Origin: Octopus bimaculoides
Lineage: Eukaryota
Assembly (NCBI RefSeq): GCF_001194135.2
Contig: NC_068987.1
Location: 54,395,176-54,444,631 of the forward strand
DNA: 49,456 nt
Direction of reading: 5' to 3'
The position numbers and the translations under genes are program-made. Below, piece by piece: positions 11,503 to 22,060 of this stretch (positions within the stretch are counted from its first letter, which is position 1; each line of letters starts with the position of its first letter). The notes under the pieces are model-generated. The model saw only the letters and a list, made by a program, of their open reading frames with translations, had not been told where the DNA came from and did no database searches.

Positions 11503-11579
11503 CTACCATCTGTGAATTGAATGACAGAGTGGTCATAATCAACCAATCATTTAGCAATAAAAATTTTCTCGATTTGTAC
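11503..11579 (-). CDS. Candidate internal exon with PH-domain-like motif (speculative)
   Basis: The acceptor is atattttttttcttacatag|G. The single open frame reads (R)YKSRKFLLLNDWLIMTTLSFNSQM, and donors are ATG|gtaggt (11507) or TAG|gtaagt (11503). The motif resembles the R-x-x-FL-(L/F)-ND-x-L strand pair of Dbl-family PH domains. Caveat: the donor end overlaps a decayed family E repeat. Confidence 0.25.
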
Positions 11580-12289
11580 CTATGTAAGAAAAAAATATTA
11601 AATGAATGGTCTGGAAACAATAGTAATGGTTTCAAATTTTGGTACAAGGCCAGCAGTTTCAGCATGGTCACCGTCAAGTGACTGAAACAAGTAAAAGAAT
11701 ACAAGAATATCAGAAGAACGTTCCATACCACTAAACCAAGAAGGTTCTTTGAATATGTACGATGTATTTTAAGGCTAAATAGTAATTCTGTTAATGTTTG
11801 CGTAACTGAGATATTTTGGTTGGATTATAGAGTTATCAGTTTTTACACTTCTTTCTATATTCTGTAACTGTCACAATATACAAACATTTCTCATGGCACC
11901 AGCACACAATTTACAGATGCTTATGTTTTTTATGCTTTCTGTAAAGTTTTCACAGGTTCAGCTAGTAATAATGATAATAACAACAACAACAACAACAATA
12001 ATAATAATNNNNNNNNNNNNNNNNNNNNNNNNNNNNNNNNNNNNNNNNNNNNNNNNNNNNNNNNNNNNNNNNNNNNNNNNNNNNNNNNNNNNNNNNNNNN
12101 NNNNNNNNNNNNNNNNNNNNNNNNNNNNNNNNNNNNNNNNNNNNNNNNNNNNNNNNNNNNNNNNNNNNNNNNNNNNNNNNNNNNNNNNNNNNNNNNNNNN
12201 NNNNNNNNNNNNNNNNNNNNNNNNNNNNNNNNNNNNNNNNNNNNNNNNNNNNNNNNNNNNNNNNNNNNNNNNNNNNNNNNNNNNNNNNN

Positions 12290-12510
12290 TTTTGAGCAGG
12301 ATGGGCTATTCGACATGAAGAAAATTCTAACTGGGCCCCACCTGCGAGGTCATGCGCTGTTTATCTTGATATAAGATCACCATGTCACGCACATATGGTT
12401 GTGATGCATGTGCCTGGTGTACCCTTATCAGACGGGTAGTCATGATGGGTATAATGGGCTTCACATATTTTACCCCAGTGTCACTTTGATGGCATGCACT
12501 GCTCTCTCAC
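12290..12510 (+). mobile_element. 3' end of a (TAA)n-flanked non-coding element (second copy at 29593-30548)
   Basis: Similar to 30330-30548 (ggccccacctgc.aggtcatgc.ctg...gatcaccatgtc.cgcacatatggttgtgatgcatgtgcctggtgtacccttatcagac...cactc|aataataat). Confidence 0.8.
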
Positions 12511-12539
12511 TCAATAATAATAATAATAATAATGATAAA

Positions 12540-12720
12540 TTCAAAGAACATCTTGGTTGTGACATACACTTCTCTACAAATTAGGGAGAGTAAGAATCAT
12601 AGGGAAAGCCTGTTTATTTGGGATAGCAAGAATCTTAAGAAAGCTACTGAATGTGACTTACCATCCAACAGAAATAACACTTAAGTCTGAGAGATAAATA
12701 ACAAACAACAATAATAGTAA
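12540..12720 (+). mobile_element. R4/Dong-type LINE extreme 3' remnant
   Basis: 12605-12649 translates as KACLFGIARILRKLL, the C-terminal KAxLLGTARILR motif of RLE non-LTR elements. It is bracketed by TAA/CAA repeats. Confidence 0.65.
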
Positions 12721-12725
12721 TAACG

Positions 12726-12856
12726 GTTTCAAATTTTTGCACAAGGGTGGAGGCAAGTCGATTACATCAACCCCAGGGCTCAACTAGCACTTATTTTATC
12801 AATCCTGAAAGGATGAAGGGCAAAGTAGACTTTAGCAGAATTTGAACTCAGAACGT
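12726..12856 (-). mobile_element. SINE family B partial copy
   Basis: ggtttcaaatttttgcacaagg...gtcgattacatcaaccccag...ggatgaagggcaaagtagac...tttgaactcagaac. Confidence 0.8.
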
Positions 12857-13006
12857 TAGGATGGTTGTGATGGTGGTGGTAGTGGCAGTTGTGGTGGCTG
12901 TGGTAGGGGTGGGGCTGATGTTGGCATTGTTGGAGTATCTTCCCAGGGAGATAGAAGTCCTGGAAAGATACTACAGTGAAACTTCTTCATTAGATAGCGA
13001 TGCCAG

Positions 13007-13042
<36 letters not shown>

Positions 13043-13199
13043 CTCTCCCTCCTTCTCTCTCGCTCTTTCTCTTTCTCTTTCTCTGTAATCTCTAGGATGT
13101 CAGAATTCCTTTTACCTGAGCTTATCAACATTGATATAATCTATCATCACCTGCAGGACACCACAGGTACAGCTGGCAATAGCAACAGTTGTAGAAATA

Positions 13200-13310
13200 A
13201 CTGTAGTAGTAGTGGTAGTAGTACTGGTAGTGATGGTGGTGGTGGTGATACTCTTAGTAGTAGCAGCAGCAGCAGTAATAGTAGTAGTAGTAGCAGTAGT
13301 ATTAGTAGTG

Positions 13311-13349
<39 letters not shown>

Positions 13350-13385
13350 ATGGTGGTAGTGGTAGTGGCAGCAGCAGCAGCAGCT

Positions 13386-13431
<46 letters not shown>

Positions 13432-13570
13432 CAGCAGCAGCAGCAGCAGCAGCAGTAACAGCAGCAGCAGTAGTAGTAGTAGTCACAAGGGTGTTAACTG
13501 TAGTAGTAGTAGTAGTAGTAATAGGTAGAAATGACAAAAATAGTGGAGGTGGTGGTGAGGGTGGTGGTGT
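13200..13570. repeat. Compound (AGT/AGC/GGT)n trinucleotide tract
   Basis: Direct inspection. This tract generates the poly-S, poly-V and poly-T ORFs. Confidence 0.95.
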
Positions 13571-14028
13571 TTGGGTAGATGTAACTTGAACTGTCACTAC
13601 TTTGAGAAATGTGGAAATATGTGAACAAAAACAAAAATAAAAATAAACCAACAAAGAAAGAGAAGCAAAAGAAGAGTATAATGATTCAAGGGGAGGGGAA
13701 GAGGCAGAGGACGGGTCCTCATCTTCTTGGGCTAGCATTCGCTCATATTTTTTTACATTCAGTCCCTTTTCTCTTTTGCCCTTCCCCTCACCCCAGCTCC
13801 TTGTCTTTTCTGCTTCATACTCTTCCCACCACACACGCACACACACACACTTACCCCTCACCCACATCACACCCACCACCAACACAACCACCATTGCCAC
13901 CCTACTGCATCATCATTACAAATGGCAGTGCTATTTCAAGTACACATGAAAGAAACAGCAACAAAGTACCACCAGCATACAACATATGGCACACTTGACA
14001 TCATATGATGCTATTGTTGTCATTTGGC

Positions 14029-14074
<46 letters not shown>

Positions 14075-14076
<2 letters not shown>

Positions 14077-14190
14077 GAGAATATACGAAAAAACAACAAC
14101 AGACGAGGACAGGTGGTGTAAATAACAAAAGGATGTATTAGTATGACGCTCGGGAATACGGAAAGTCTTTGACGTTTCGAGCTACGCTCT
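14075..14190 (-). mobile_element. Penelope-like terminal fragment carrying half a hammerhead motif, truncated by a gap
   Basis: The minus strand from 14190 reads A-GAGC-gta-GCTC-GAAAC-GTC-aaagactttcc: a stem II hairpin, GAAA, palindromic ACGU and a GUC triplet. The CUGANGA core would fall in the N-gap starting at 14191. Confidence 0.6.
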
Positions 14191-15050
14191 NNNNNNNNNN
14201 NNNNNNNNNNNNNNNNNNNNNNNNNNNNNNNNNNNNNNNNNNNNNNNNNNNNNNNNNNNNNNNNNNNNNNNNNNNNNNNNNNNNNNNNNNNNNNNNNNNN
14301 NNNNNNNNNNNNNNNNNNNNNNNNNNNNNNNNNNNNNNNNNNNNNNNNNNNNNNNNNNNNNNNNNNNNNNNNNNNNNNNNNNNNNNNNNNNNNNNNNNNN
14401 NNNNNNNNNNNNNNNNNNNNNNNNNNNNNNNNNNNNNNNNNNNNNNNNNNNNNNNNNNNNNNNNNNNNNNNNNNNNNNNNNNNNNNNNNNNNNNNNNNNN
14501 NNNNNNNNNNNNNNNNNNNNNNNNNNNNNNNNNNNNNNNNNNNNNNNNNNNNNNNNNNNNNNNNNNNNNNNNNNNNNNNNNNNNNNNNNNNNNNNNNNNN
14601 NNNNNNNNNNNNNNNNNNNNNNNNNNNNNNNNNNNNNNNNNNNNNNNNNNNNNNNNNNNNNNNNNNNNNNNNNNNNNNNNNNNNNNNNNNNNNNNNNNNN
14701 NNNNNNNNNNNNNNNNNNNNNNNNNNNNNNNNNNNNNNNNNNNNNNNNNNNNNNNNNNNNNNNNNNTATATATATAAACATTGCTTGGCTTGACAAGCGA
14801 TGCTGGTGTGTTTATGTCCCTGTAACTTAGCGGTTCGGCAAAAGTGACCGATAGAATAAGTACTAGGCTTCCAAAGAATAAGTCCTGGGGTTGATTTGCT
14901 CAACTAAAGGCGGTGCTCCAGCATGGCCACAGTCAAATGACTGAAACAAGTAAAAGAGTAAAAAGAGTAAAGAGTATTTGTGTGTGTATGTGTGTGAGCT
15001 ATACATGCATACATATATGTGTCTATATACATATGTGTATCCACACACAC

Positions 15051-15269
15051 ACAAGGTGGTGCTGAAAAGTTCCTGGCTTTGAGGGTATCGCAAAATGCCT
15101 GGCTGGAGACCAAACAATCTGAATTCTTTTACAGGGCTTAAAAAACTGAAGGATTGCTGCAATAAGTGAGTGAATCTGAGAGGTGAATATGTTGAATAAA
15201 GTCATAACTAACTGATCGTCCTGTATTTTCTTTTACCCAAAGCCAGGAACTTTACAGCTCCCCTTTGTA
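15051..15269 (+). mobile_element. Mariner-derived MITE (about 220 bp)
   Basis: The TIRs are acaaggtggtgctgaaaagttcctggcttt and aaagccaggaactttacagctcccctttgta. The interior retains a mariner C-terminus (QGLKKLKDCCNK*VNLRGEYVE*). Confidence 0.85.
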
Positions 15270-15271
15270 TG

Positions 15272-15662
15272 ATGCTTGTATGAGTAAGTGTACTCATATC
15301 ATGCAACTTGCCCGAGGGCGTTTATACATCCATATCTGTTAATGGTTATTCTTAATACTTTTCTCATTGATTTGCATGTTCGTTTCTCTTTCTGCCATCT
15401 GTGATTTTACTTTTGATCTTCTATATAAATGTAGATATTTCCTCCGTCCGGCTGATTAAAATAGAAAGTTACATTGTGGAACAGTCATTTTAATGAGTTG
15501 TGTTTATTTATCACCCGATGAGATACATCTGCACCACAAGATGCTCCTGAACCAGTTGTTAAGTGTCCCCCCACCCCATGAGGAACCGATGCTAGATGTG
15601 TCGAAACAATTGTCGTGATTAATAATAAATTTTTGTATATTCCATTTTCCGTCTTTCATTTG
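15272..15662 (+). mobile_element. Penelope-like pseudo-LTR-type unit containing a hammerhead
   Basis: It contains weak MSKCTH (similar to the PLE C-terminal SKCRH), TATATAAA at 15422-15429, the hammerhead at 15504-15625 and AATAAA at 15624-15629, then (TA)n and a gap. Confidence 0.55.
15504..15625 (+). ncRNA. Type I hammerhead ribozyme motif, core CCGAUGA, GUC cleavage triplet
   Basis: Stem I: ttatttatcac (15504-14) pairs with gtgattaataa (15615-25) at 10/11. Core: ccgatga (15515-21). Stem II: gatacatctgca (15522-33) pairs with tgc(t)agatgtgtc (15590-602). GAAA is at 15603-06. Stem III is the palindrome ACAATTGT. Predicted cleavage is after C15614. Confidence 0.85.
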
Positions 15663-16218
15663 CTATATATATANNNNNNNNNNNNNNNNNNNNNNNNNNN
15701 NNNNNNNNNNNNNNNNNNNNNNNNNNNNNNNNNNNNNNNNNNNNNNNNNNNNNNNNNNNNNNNNNNNNNNNNNNNNNNNNNNNNNNNNNNNNNNNNNNNN
15801 NNNNNNNNNNNNNNNNNNNNNNNNNNNNNNNNNNNNNNNNNNNNNNNNNNNNNNNNNNNNNNNNNNNNNNNNNNNNNNNNNNNNNNNNNNNNNNNNNNNN
15901 NNNNNNNNNNNNNNNNNNNNNNNNNNNNNNNNNNNNNNNNNNNNNNNNNNNNNNNNNNNNNNNNNNNNNNNNNNNNNNNNNNNNNNNNNNNNNNNNNNNN
16001 NNNNNNNNNNNNNNNNNNNNNNNNNNNNNNNNNNNNNNNNNNNNNNNNNNNNNNNNNNNNNNNNNNNNNNNNNNNNNNNNNNNNNNNNNNNNNNNNNNNN
16101 NNNNNNNNNNNNNNNNNNNNNNNNNNNNNNNNNNNNNNNNNNNNNNNNNNNNNNNNNNNNNNNNNNNNNNNNNNNNNNNNNNNNNNNNNNNNNNNNNNNN
16201 NNTATATATATATATATA

Positions 16219-16730
16219 TGAGGGGAAGTCAAAAGTTATCTGCGCTTTCACCATAACATATCTTTATTATTGTCACACTGCCTTCTGCACATGCATGCTT
16301 AAAGTTGGTACTATTATGGTCACATGATCGAAGTTTGAGCCTGATTGTACCATTTTTCTTTCTGGCTTTACAATGTAAGTATGGCCACTCCTCTAACAAT
16401 GTGCACCAAAGAAGAACAAAGAGCAGTGATCTGAGAGATGGTAAAGGTGAACTCATTAGTGGTGGAGATTGATGGACATCCTGCTCCCTCTTCAGGCGTC
16501 ACACTTGTCTGGCCACTTTTAAACTTCTCGATCCACTCATGCACACTTCTATGTGGTATTACACTGTCCCCGTATTGTGCTAAAAACCTCCAATGAATTT
16601 CAGCACTTGACCCACCTTTTGACAAGAGAAATCGGGTCACTGCCCTTTGTTCTTCTTTTTACGCACATTGTTAGTGGAGTGGTCATACTTACACTGTAGA
16701 GCCAGAAAGAAAAATGGCACAATCAAGCTC
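16219..16730. mobile_element. Rearranged mariner derivative: 5' end present twice in inverted orientation
   Basis: It starts TA|tgaggggaagtcaaaag. The + arm encodes MATPLTMCTKEEQRAVI (ATG 16381). The - arm encodes MTTPLTMCVKEEQRAVTRFLLSKGGSSAEIHWRFLAQYGDSVIPHRSVHEWIEKFKSGQTSV (ATG 16686), a mariner N-terminal HTH. Confidence 0.85.
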
Positions 16731-16741
16731 TATCTACATAT

Positions 16742-16750
16742 CTATGCACA

Positions 16751-16782
<32 letters not shown>

Positions 16783-16899
16783 TGCGCACAGATGCACACA
16801 AACAGACAGACAAATAGATAGATGGACAGACAGACAGACAGATAGATAGGATGGACGGATGGACGAACGGACAGGTAGATAGATGGACGGACGGACAGG

Positions 16900-16940
<41 letters not shown>
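16742..16940. repeat. Compound (CA)n/(GACA)n/(GGAC)n/(GATA)n microsatellite
   Basis: Direct inspection. Other (GATA)n tracts lie at about 23580-23700, 36865-36945 and 41490-41515. Confidence 0.95.
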
Positions 16941-17397
16941 TCGATGAATTCCATTTAACTGTACAGTTTTGCTGAATGAAATTCTAATTTCATTACGAGG
17001 GTAGGTAATTAACCAAGCTTGCTGCTCGTAAGCAATAAATTATGTGATTTATTATATTGTCTGCAGCAATGTAGTAATATGACTTTGTTACGCATGTATG
17101 ACTTATACAATAAAGAAAGAAATATATCATAATTGTGTTAATATGAGTTTCTTCTCCTCCACCAAGTGCAGGCTTATTTTCTTTCATTAATATATAGGCA
17201 CACGCAAATAGGGTTGTGCCTATATATAAGTTTGCTTTCCAACAACATGGTCTTGGTTGATACCATAGGCATATGTCTTCCTTTATAGCCCTGGACTGAC
17301 TGAAGCCTTGTGAGTGGTTTTGGTATACAGAAATTAAATGAAACCCATTGTATGTATGTATGTGTGTGTGTGTGTGTGTGTGTGCGTGTGTGTGTTT

Positions 17398-17554
17398 AAA
17401 TACATGGCTGTGTGGTAAGAAGTTCGCTTCCTAACCACATAGTTCTAGATTCAGTCCCATTGTGTGGCACATTGAGCAAGTGTCTTCCTTGGGCCAACAA
17501 AAGCCTTGAAAGTGGATTTAGTAGATGGAAACTAAGAAAGCCCATTATATATGT

Positions 17555-17615
<61 letters not shown>

Positions 17616-17817
17616 TGTTTGTCTCTCACCAGGCTTAATAACTGGTATTGGTGTATTAACATCCCTGTAACTTAGCAGTTCAGCAAAAAGACCAATAGAA
17701 TAAGTACCGGGCTTCACACAATAAATATAAGTACTGGAGTCAATTCGTTTGACTAAAATTCTTCAAGGCAGTGCCCCAGCATGGCCGCAGTCTAATGACT
17801 GAAACAATTGAAAGATG
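17398..17817 (+). mobile_element. SINE family A, full length
   Basis: catggctgtgtggtaagaag...cagtctaatgactgaaacaa. Confidence 0.88.
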
Positions 17818-17821
17818 CGAT

Positions 17822-18028
17822 GTAAAAGTGCCTGTGTGGTGCCACAAAAAAGCACCCAGTATAATCTGTAAAGTGGTTGGTGTTAGGAAGGTCATCTTAA
17901 CATAGAAACCAATGCCAAATCAGACTGGAGTCTGGTGCAGCTCCCAAGCTTGCCAGCTCTGGTGAGACCATCCAACCCATGCCAGCATGGACAACGGACA
18001 TTACATGATGATGATGATGATGATGATA
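17822..18028 (+). mobile_element. RTE-tail SINE-like element (family D)
   Basis: gtgcctgtgtggtgccacaaaaaagcacccag...ccaacccatgccagcatggacaacggacattaca(tga)n. Confidence 0.82.
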
Positions 18029-18039
18029 TATGTACACAT

Positions 18040-18251
18040 ATTCTTGTATTCTTGCATTTGTTTCAGTCATTTTGACTGTGGCCATGCTGGAGTACAGCCT
18101 TTTAGTCGAACAAATCGAACCCAGGACTTATTCTTTGTAAGCCTAGTATTTATTCTATCGGTCTCTTTTGCCAAACCGCTAAGTTACGGGGACATAAACA
18201 CACCAACATCGGTTGCCAAGTGATGGTGGGGGGGGACAAACACAGACACAA

Positions 18252-18300
<49 letters not shown>

Positions 18301-18441
18301 ACTGGCTTCTTTCAGTTTCTGTCTACCAAATCTACTCACAGCTATAGTAGAAGACACTTGCCCAAGGTTCCATGCAGTAGGACTGAACCTGGAATCATGT
18401 GGTTGGTAAGCAAGCTACTTACCATAGAGCCATATGCTTGC
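18040..18441 (-). mobile_element. SINE family A, full length
   Basis: Head-to-tail match with a small internal deletion. Confidence 0.88.
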
Positions 18442-19199
18442 ACATGAGTCTGTGTTAGTGTCTCCTTGTCTTTACATCATATGATACTTGCAAATGCATA
18501 TTATTGTCATACAAGCAGTGTCATTCATTTCCACTATTCTGTGAAATCATGTCTGGCCATGGGAAAGCATTAGCTTGTTTGGAAACAGATGTAGGTTGCT
18601 GATAGAAAGCGAATCTGGCTATACAGAATTTGCCTCAGTAAGTTATATCTGGCCCATGCAATCATGGGGGTATGTGGACAATAAAATGATGACAACAATG
18701 ATGATGATGACAAGAAGGAGGAGAAGGAACAAGGTGAAGAAGAAGAGGATAAGTATCAACCTGACAATTATTTTGTTTATTCCACATGGTTTTTAAATTC
18801 CATCTGAAAGTCTTCAATTGTCCAGGGTGATAGAACAGTTATAAGGTTGACCTCGAACAAGATTCTTTACTGAATCCTTATTATCCCTCTGCATTCTTAC
18901 AGCCGTGTCTATCTGTATGGGCCCAAGCTGGTCGTATTTCTCTTGGATAAACATCAGTGGAATAAAGAGAGAGAGAGAGAGAGAGAAAAAAGAGAGAGAG
19001 AGAGAGAGAGAAAAAAGAGAGAGAGAGAGAGAAAAATAGAGAGAGAAAAAGAGAGAGAGAAAGAGAGGGGGGATGGGCTTGCATGCATGGACATCTACCG
19101 GTCTCCCTCAAAATATTTAGCTCAGCTTGTACATTCATGTTCAGATGCATGATCAAACTTAACAGACAGATGCCTGAAATCCAAGCTTAGCAAGTTTCA

Positions 19200-19427
19200 T
19201 ATTTCTTTATTGCCCACAAGGGGCTAAACATAGAGGGGACAAACAAGGACAGACAAATGGATTAAGTCGATTACATCGACCCCAGTGCGTAACTGGTACT
19301 TAATTTATTGACCCCGAAAGGATGAAAGGCAAAGTCGACCTCGGCGGAATTTGAACTCCGAGCGTAACAGCAGACGAAATACTGCTAAGCATTTCGCCCG
19401 ACGGGGTAACGTTTCTGCCAGCTCGCC
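19200..19427 (-). mobile_element. SINE family B, young full-length copy with 17-19-bp TSD
   Basis: ccaagcttagcaagtttca occurs at 19181-19199 and 19426-19444. The copy is CpG-rich. Its core tgcctttcatcctttcggggtcaataaattaagtacc resembles the Deu/Nin-type conserved SINE domain (recognition only). Confidence 0.93.
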
Positions 19428-19946
19428 AAGCTTAGCAAGTTTCACTCATTCCAATAATGATTTTCTCACACTTTTTCTTTCATTTGGTTAGGTGACTCAC
19501 CTGGACCAATGCGACTCTTCCATACCAGATGTCCTGCTTGATTATGCACTATGGTATGAATGTTTGGCTTCGGTTTTAATCACATGGGTCTTTTGCTAGC
19601 TGGAATATCTCATCTGCATATGCTGCAACTATACATGATAGCAGTAGTTTGCTAATTGAATTTCTTGATCTGGCCATCAACAGTTTGTTGCCTGTTCACC
19701 CTCTCAGCATCTAGTAACATTTACCATTGACTCAATAATTTCATCCACCATACTGCTTCCCACGATAGCAATATACCTAGGCTCAGATGGTTACGTGTTA
19801 TTTACACCATGACTGGGATACTGACAGGTGCTATTACTCTGGGGGATCAGAGCAGATCTGGTAACTATAATGGCTAAGAATTGGTACCATGCACTTCAAA
19901 ACCCTGTTTCTTCCAAAGCAGGAGCCCACAACTAAATGCAACTTAA

Positions 19947-20168
19947 TCCTTGAGCATTTAAACCAGCCTAATCTGACCTAAATATTCTACCTGTTTCATG
20001 GTCAAACCAGCCTAGATCTGGCCTCTCACATCTACCCTACAATGTCATTCTAAAGAAAAAATCACACCATTGAAATCTCTTGGCTACAAGATAATGCATG
20101 ATTAATTCCAAAGAATGTAATTAATTAAATATTACATTTGACAGAATAATCTAAATGCTAAAGTGTAT
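19947..20168. mobile_element. Decayed TTAA-associated MITE
   Basis: ttaa|tccttgagcatttaaacc ... ctaaatgctaaagtgta, with imperfect TIRs of about 14 bp. Confidence 0.5.
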
Positions 20169-20695
20169 CCATGACTTGTTTTTTTAATTACACAATAATT
20201 ACAAATAGAGTCATGTGATTTCATAAAAATTTATAATTAAATTAATAGCAGGTTAATGCATTCAATAAATAAAAATAAGAAAAATTCACTGGAACCTGAA
20301 CTTTGATAGGTTTTTGATCATTGAAATGGTAAGAATACTTCAGATGTATTTGATTCTATTGAGATTATTTTTGTAGTGTTGGTATATTAAAATCATTATA
20401 AAAAAAATTCAAAAATTTTCCAAATTATTTTATTCATATCAAATCAATTGAAAATTTTATTGATTTTACATCAATTTATTCTTGAACGTTAGTTTTTAAA
20501 AAAAGACATAAGCACATGTGTGGGAGTATGGTTAAGAAGCTTGCTTCCCAACCATGTGCTCTTCAGCTCAGTCCCACTACAACAAACTTGGGCAAGTGTC
20601 TTCTACTATAGTCTCAGACCAACCAAAGACTTGTGAGTGGATTAGACAGAAGCTGAAAGAAGCTTATCATACACACACACACACACACATGCACA

Positions 20696-20734
<39 letters not shown>

Positions 20735-20736
<2 letters not shown>

Positions 20737-21128
20737 GCACAAGAGTGGCTGTGTGGTAAGTAGCTTGCTTACCCACCACATGGTTTCTGGGTTCTGTCCC
20801 CACTGTGTGGCACCTTGGGCAAGTGTCTTCTACTACAGCCTCGGGCCAACCAAAGCCTTGTGAGTGGATTTGGTAGGCAGAAACTGAAAGAAGCCCATCG
20901 TGTGTGTGTGTGTGTGTGTGTGTGTTTGTGTGTCTGTGTTTGTTCCCCCAACATTGCTTGACAACAGATGCTGGTATGTTTACATCCCTGTAACTTAGCA
21001 GTTCAGCAAAATGGACTGATAGAATAAGTACTAGGCTTACAAAGAATAATTTCTTTCTTCGACTAAATGGCGGGACTCCAGCATGGTCACAGTCAAATGA
21101 CTGAAACAAGTAAAAGAAGAAAAGAAAA
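20735..21128 (+). mobile_element. SINE family A, full length
   Basis: ggcacaagagtggctgtgtggtaagtagcttgctt...cagtcaaatgactgaaacaagtaaaaga. Confidence 0.92.
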
Positions 21129-21181
21129 GACTATATATATATATAGGTTTGCATGTATATATATTTGTGTGTATGTGTGTA

Positions 21182-21221
<40 letters not shown>

Positions 21222-21639
21222 CCTTTGTCTTTGTGCTTGTCCCCACCACTGCTTCACAGCTGGTATTGGTTTGCTTATGTCCCTGTAACTTAGCAATTCA
21301 ACAAAAGAGACTGAAAGAATAAGTACCAGGCTTAAAAAGAAAAAAAAACTGAGTTTTCTAGTCAATTTGTTCAACTCAACCTTTCAAGATGGTGCTCCAG
21401 CATGGCACCACTTTGACTGAAACAAGTAAAAGCAAAACAAAATAGCAAAGATAGAAAACATGGAGAGCTTCTTATAATATGGAAAAGAAATAATTTAATA
21501 GATTTTTATATATTTCAGGTACAAAGGCCCATAACCAGAAGTATCAAAAACAAACATCAAGGATCCTTCCAGAACCATAGATTCATAATACCAGTTTCCC
21601 AGATTCTATTGAATATATATTCCTTACTGTACCAGTTGA

Positions 21640-21795
21640 TTTCAGGATTACTCTTTTTTGCCAGCTGAGTGGATTGGAGCAACATGAAATGAGGTGTTTG
21701 CTCAAGAACTCAAAGCAACACCCAGTCTAAGAACCAAAACCACAATCTCCCGATAGTGAATGCAATATCCTAACCATGAAGCCACCCACCTCCAC
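21640..21795 (-). mobile_element. Old family C-related SINE head
   Basis: ...cagctgagtggattggagcaacatgaaatgaggtgtttgctcaaga...cctaacca...cacctccac is reverse-complementary to 45665-45800. Confidence 0.6.
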
Positions 21796-22012
21796 CATCA
21801 GAAGTATAATGCCAAGAAATATCAGTTGTCTGTGTATTAAAATGCCAGCCATGTTTATTGTGGTGTGATATCACATCGAAATGAATAATATTTCACACTC
21901 CACACACATACATGCATTTATAAAATATATACATATTTATAGAAGTTAAATAAAATAAGATAACAAGGCCAAGGCAATTTGATATTCCAAGGACATTTAT
22001 AAATAGAAGGTG

Positions 22013-22060
22013 GTCTTACAGCTGTTTCAAGGAAATAAATGATATCCCATCATTAGAGAC
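22013..22060 (-). ncRNA. Minimal type I hammerhead motif (same family as 8017-8102), variant core CUAAUGA
   Basis: Minus strand: gtct, ctaatga, t-ggga(tatcatttat)ttcc-tt, GAAAC-agct-GUA, agac. Upstream on the same strand (about 22200-22335) is an ORF end ILNEQQMELISAHYP...LE*, compatible with a PLE GIY-YIG C-terminus. Confidence 0.6.

Noticed and set aside
13097-13900. Long ORFs 13097-13528 (+, poly-Ser) and 13112-13900 (-, poly-Thr/Pro, mucin-like)
   Set aside because: They are open only because the trinucleotide tract lacks stops in several frames. No domain is recognisable. Only the last 35-57 nt were kept, as a weak exon candidate.
14001-16256. ORFs of 200-300 aa spanning N-runs (also at 11893-12318, 29607-30300 and 43173-44866)
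   Set aside because: Artefacts of translating assembly gaps as X.
18800-18960. GC-richer unique patch with open frames (for example MFIQEKYDQLGPIQIDTAVRMQRD on minus)
   Set aside because: The splice boundaries are ambiguous on both strands and no motif is recognisable.
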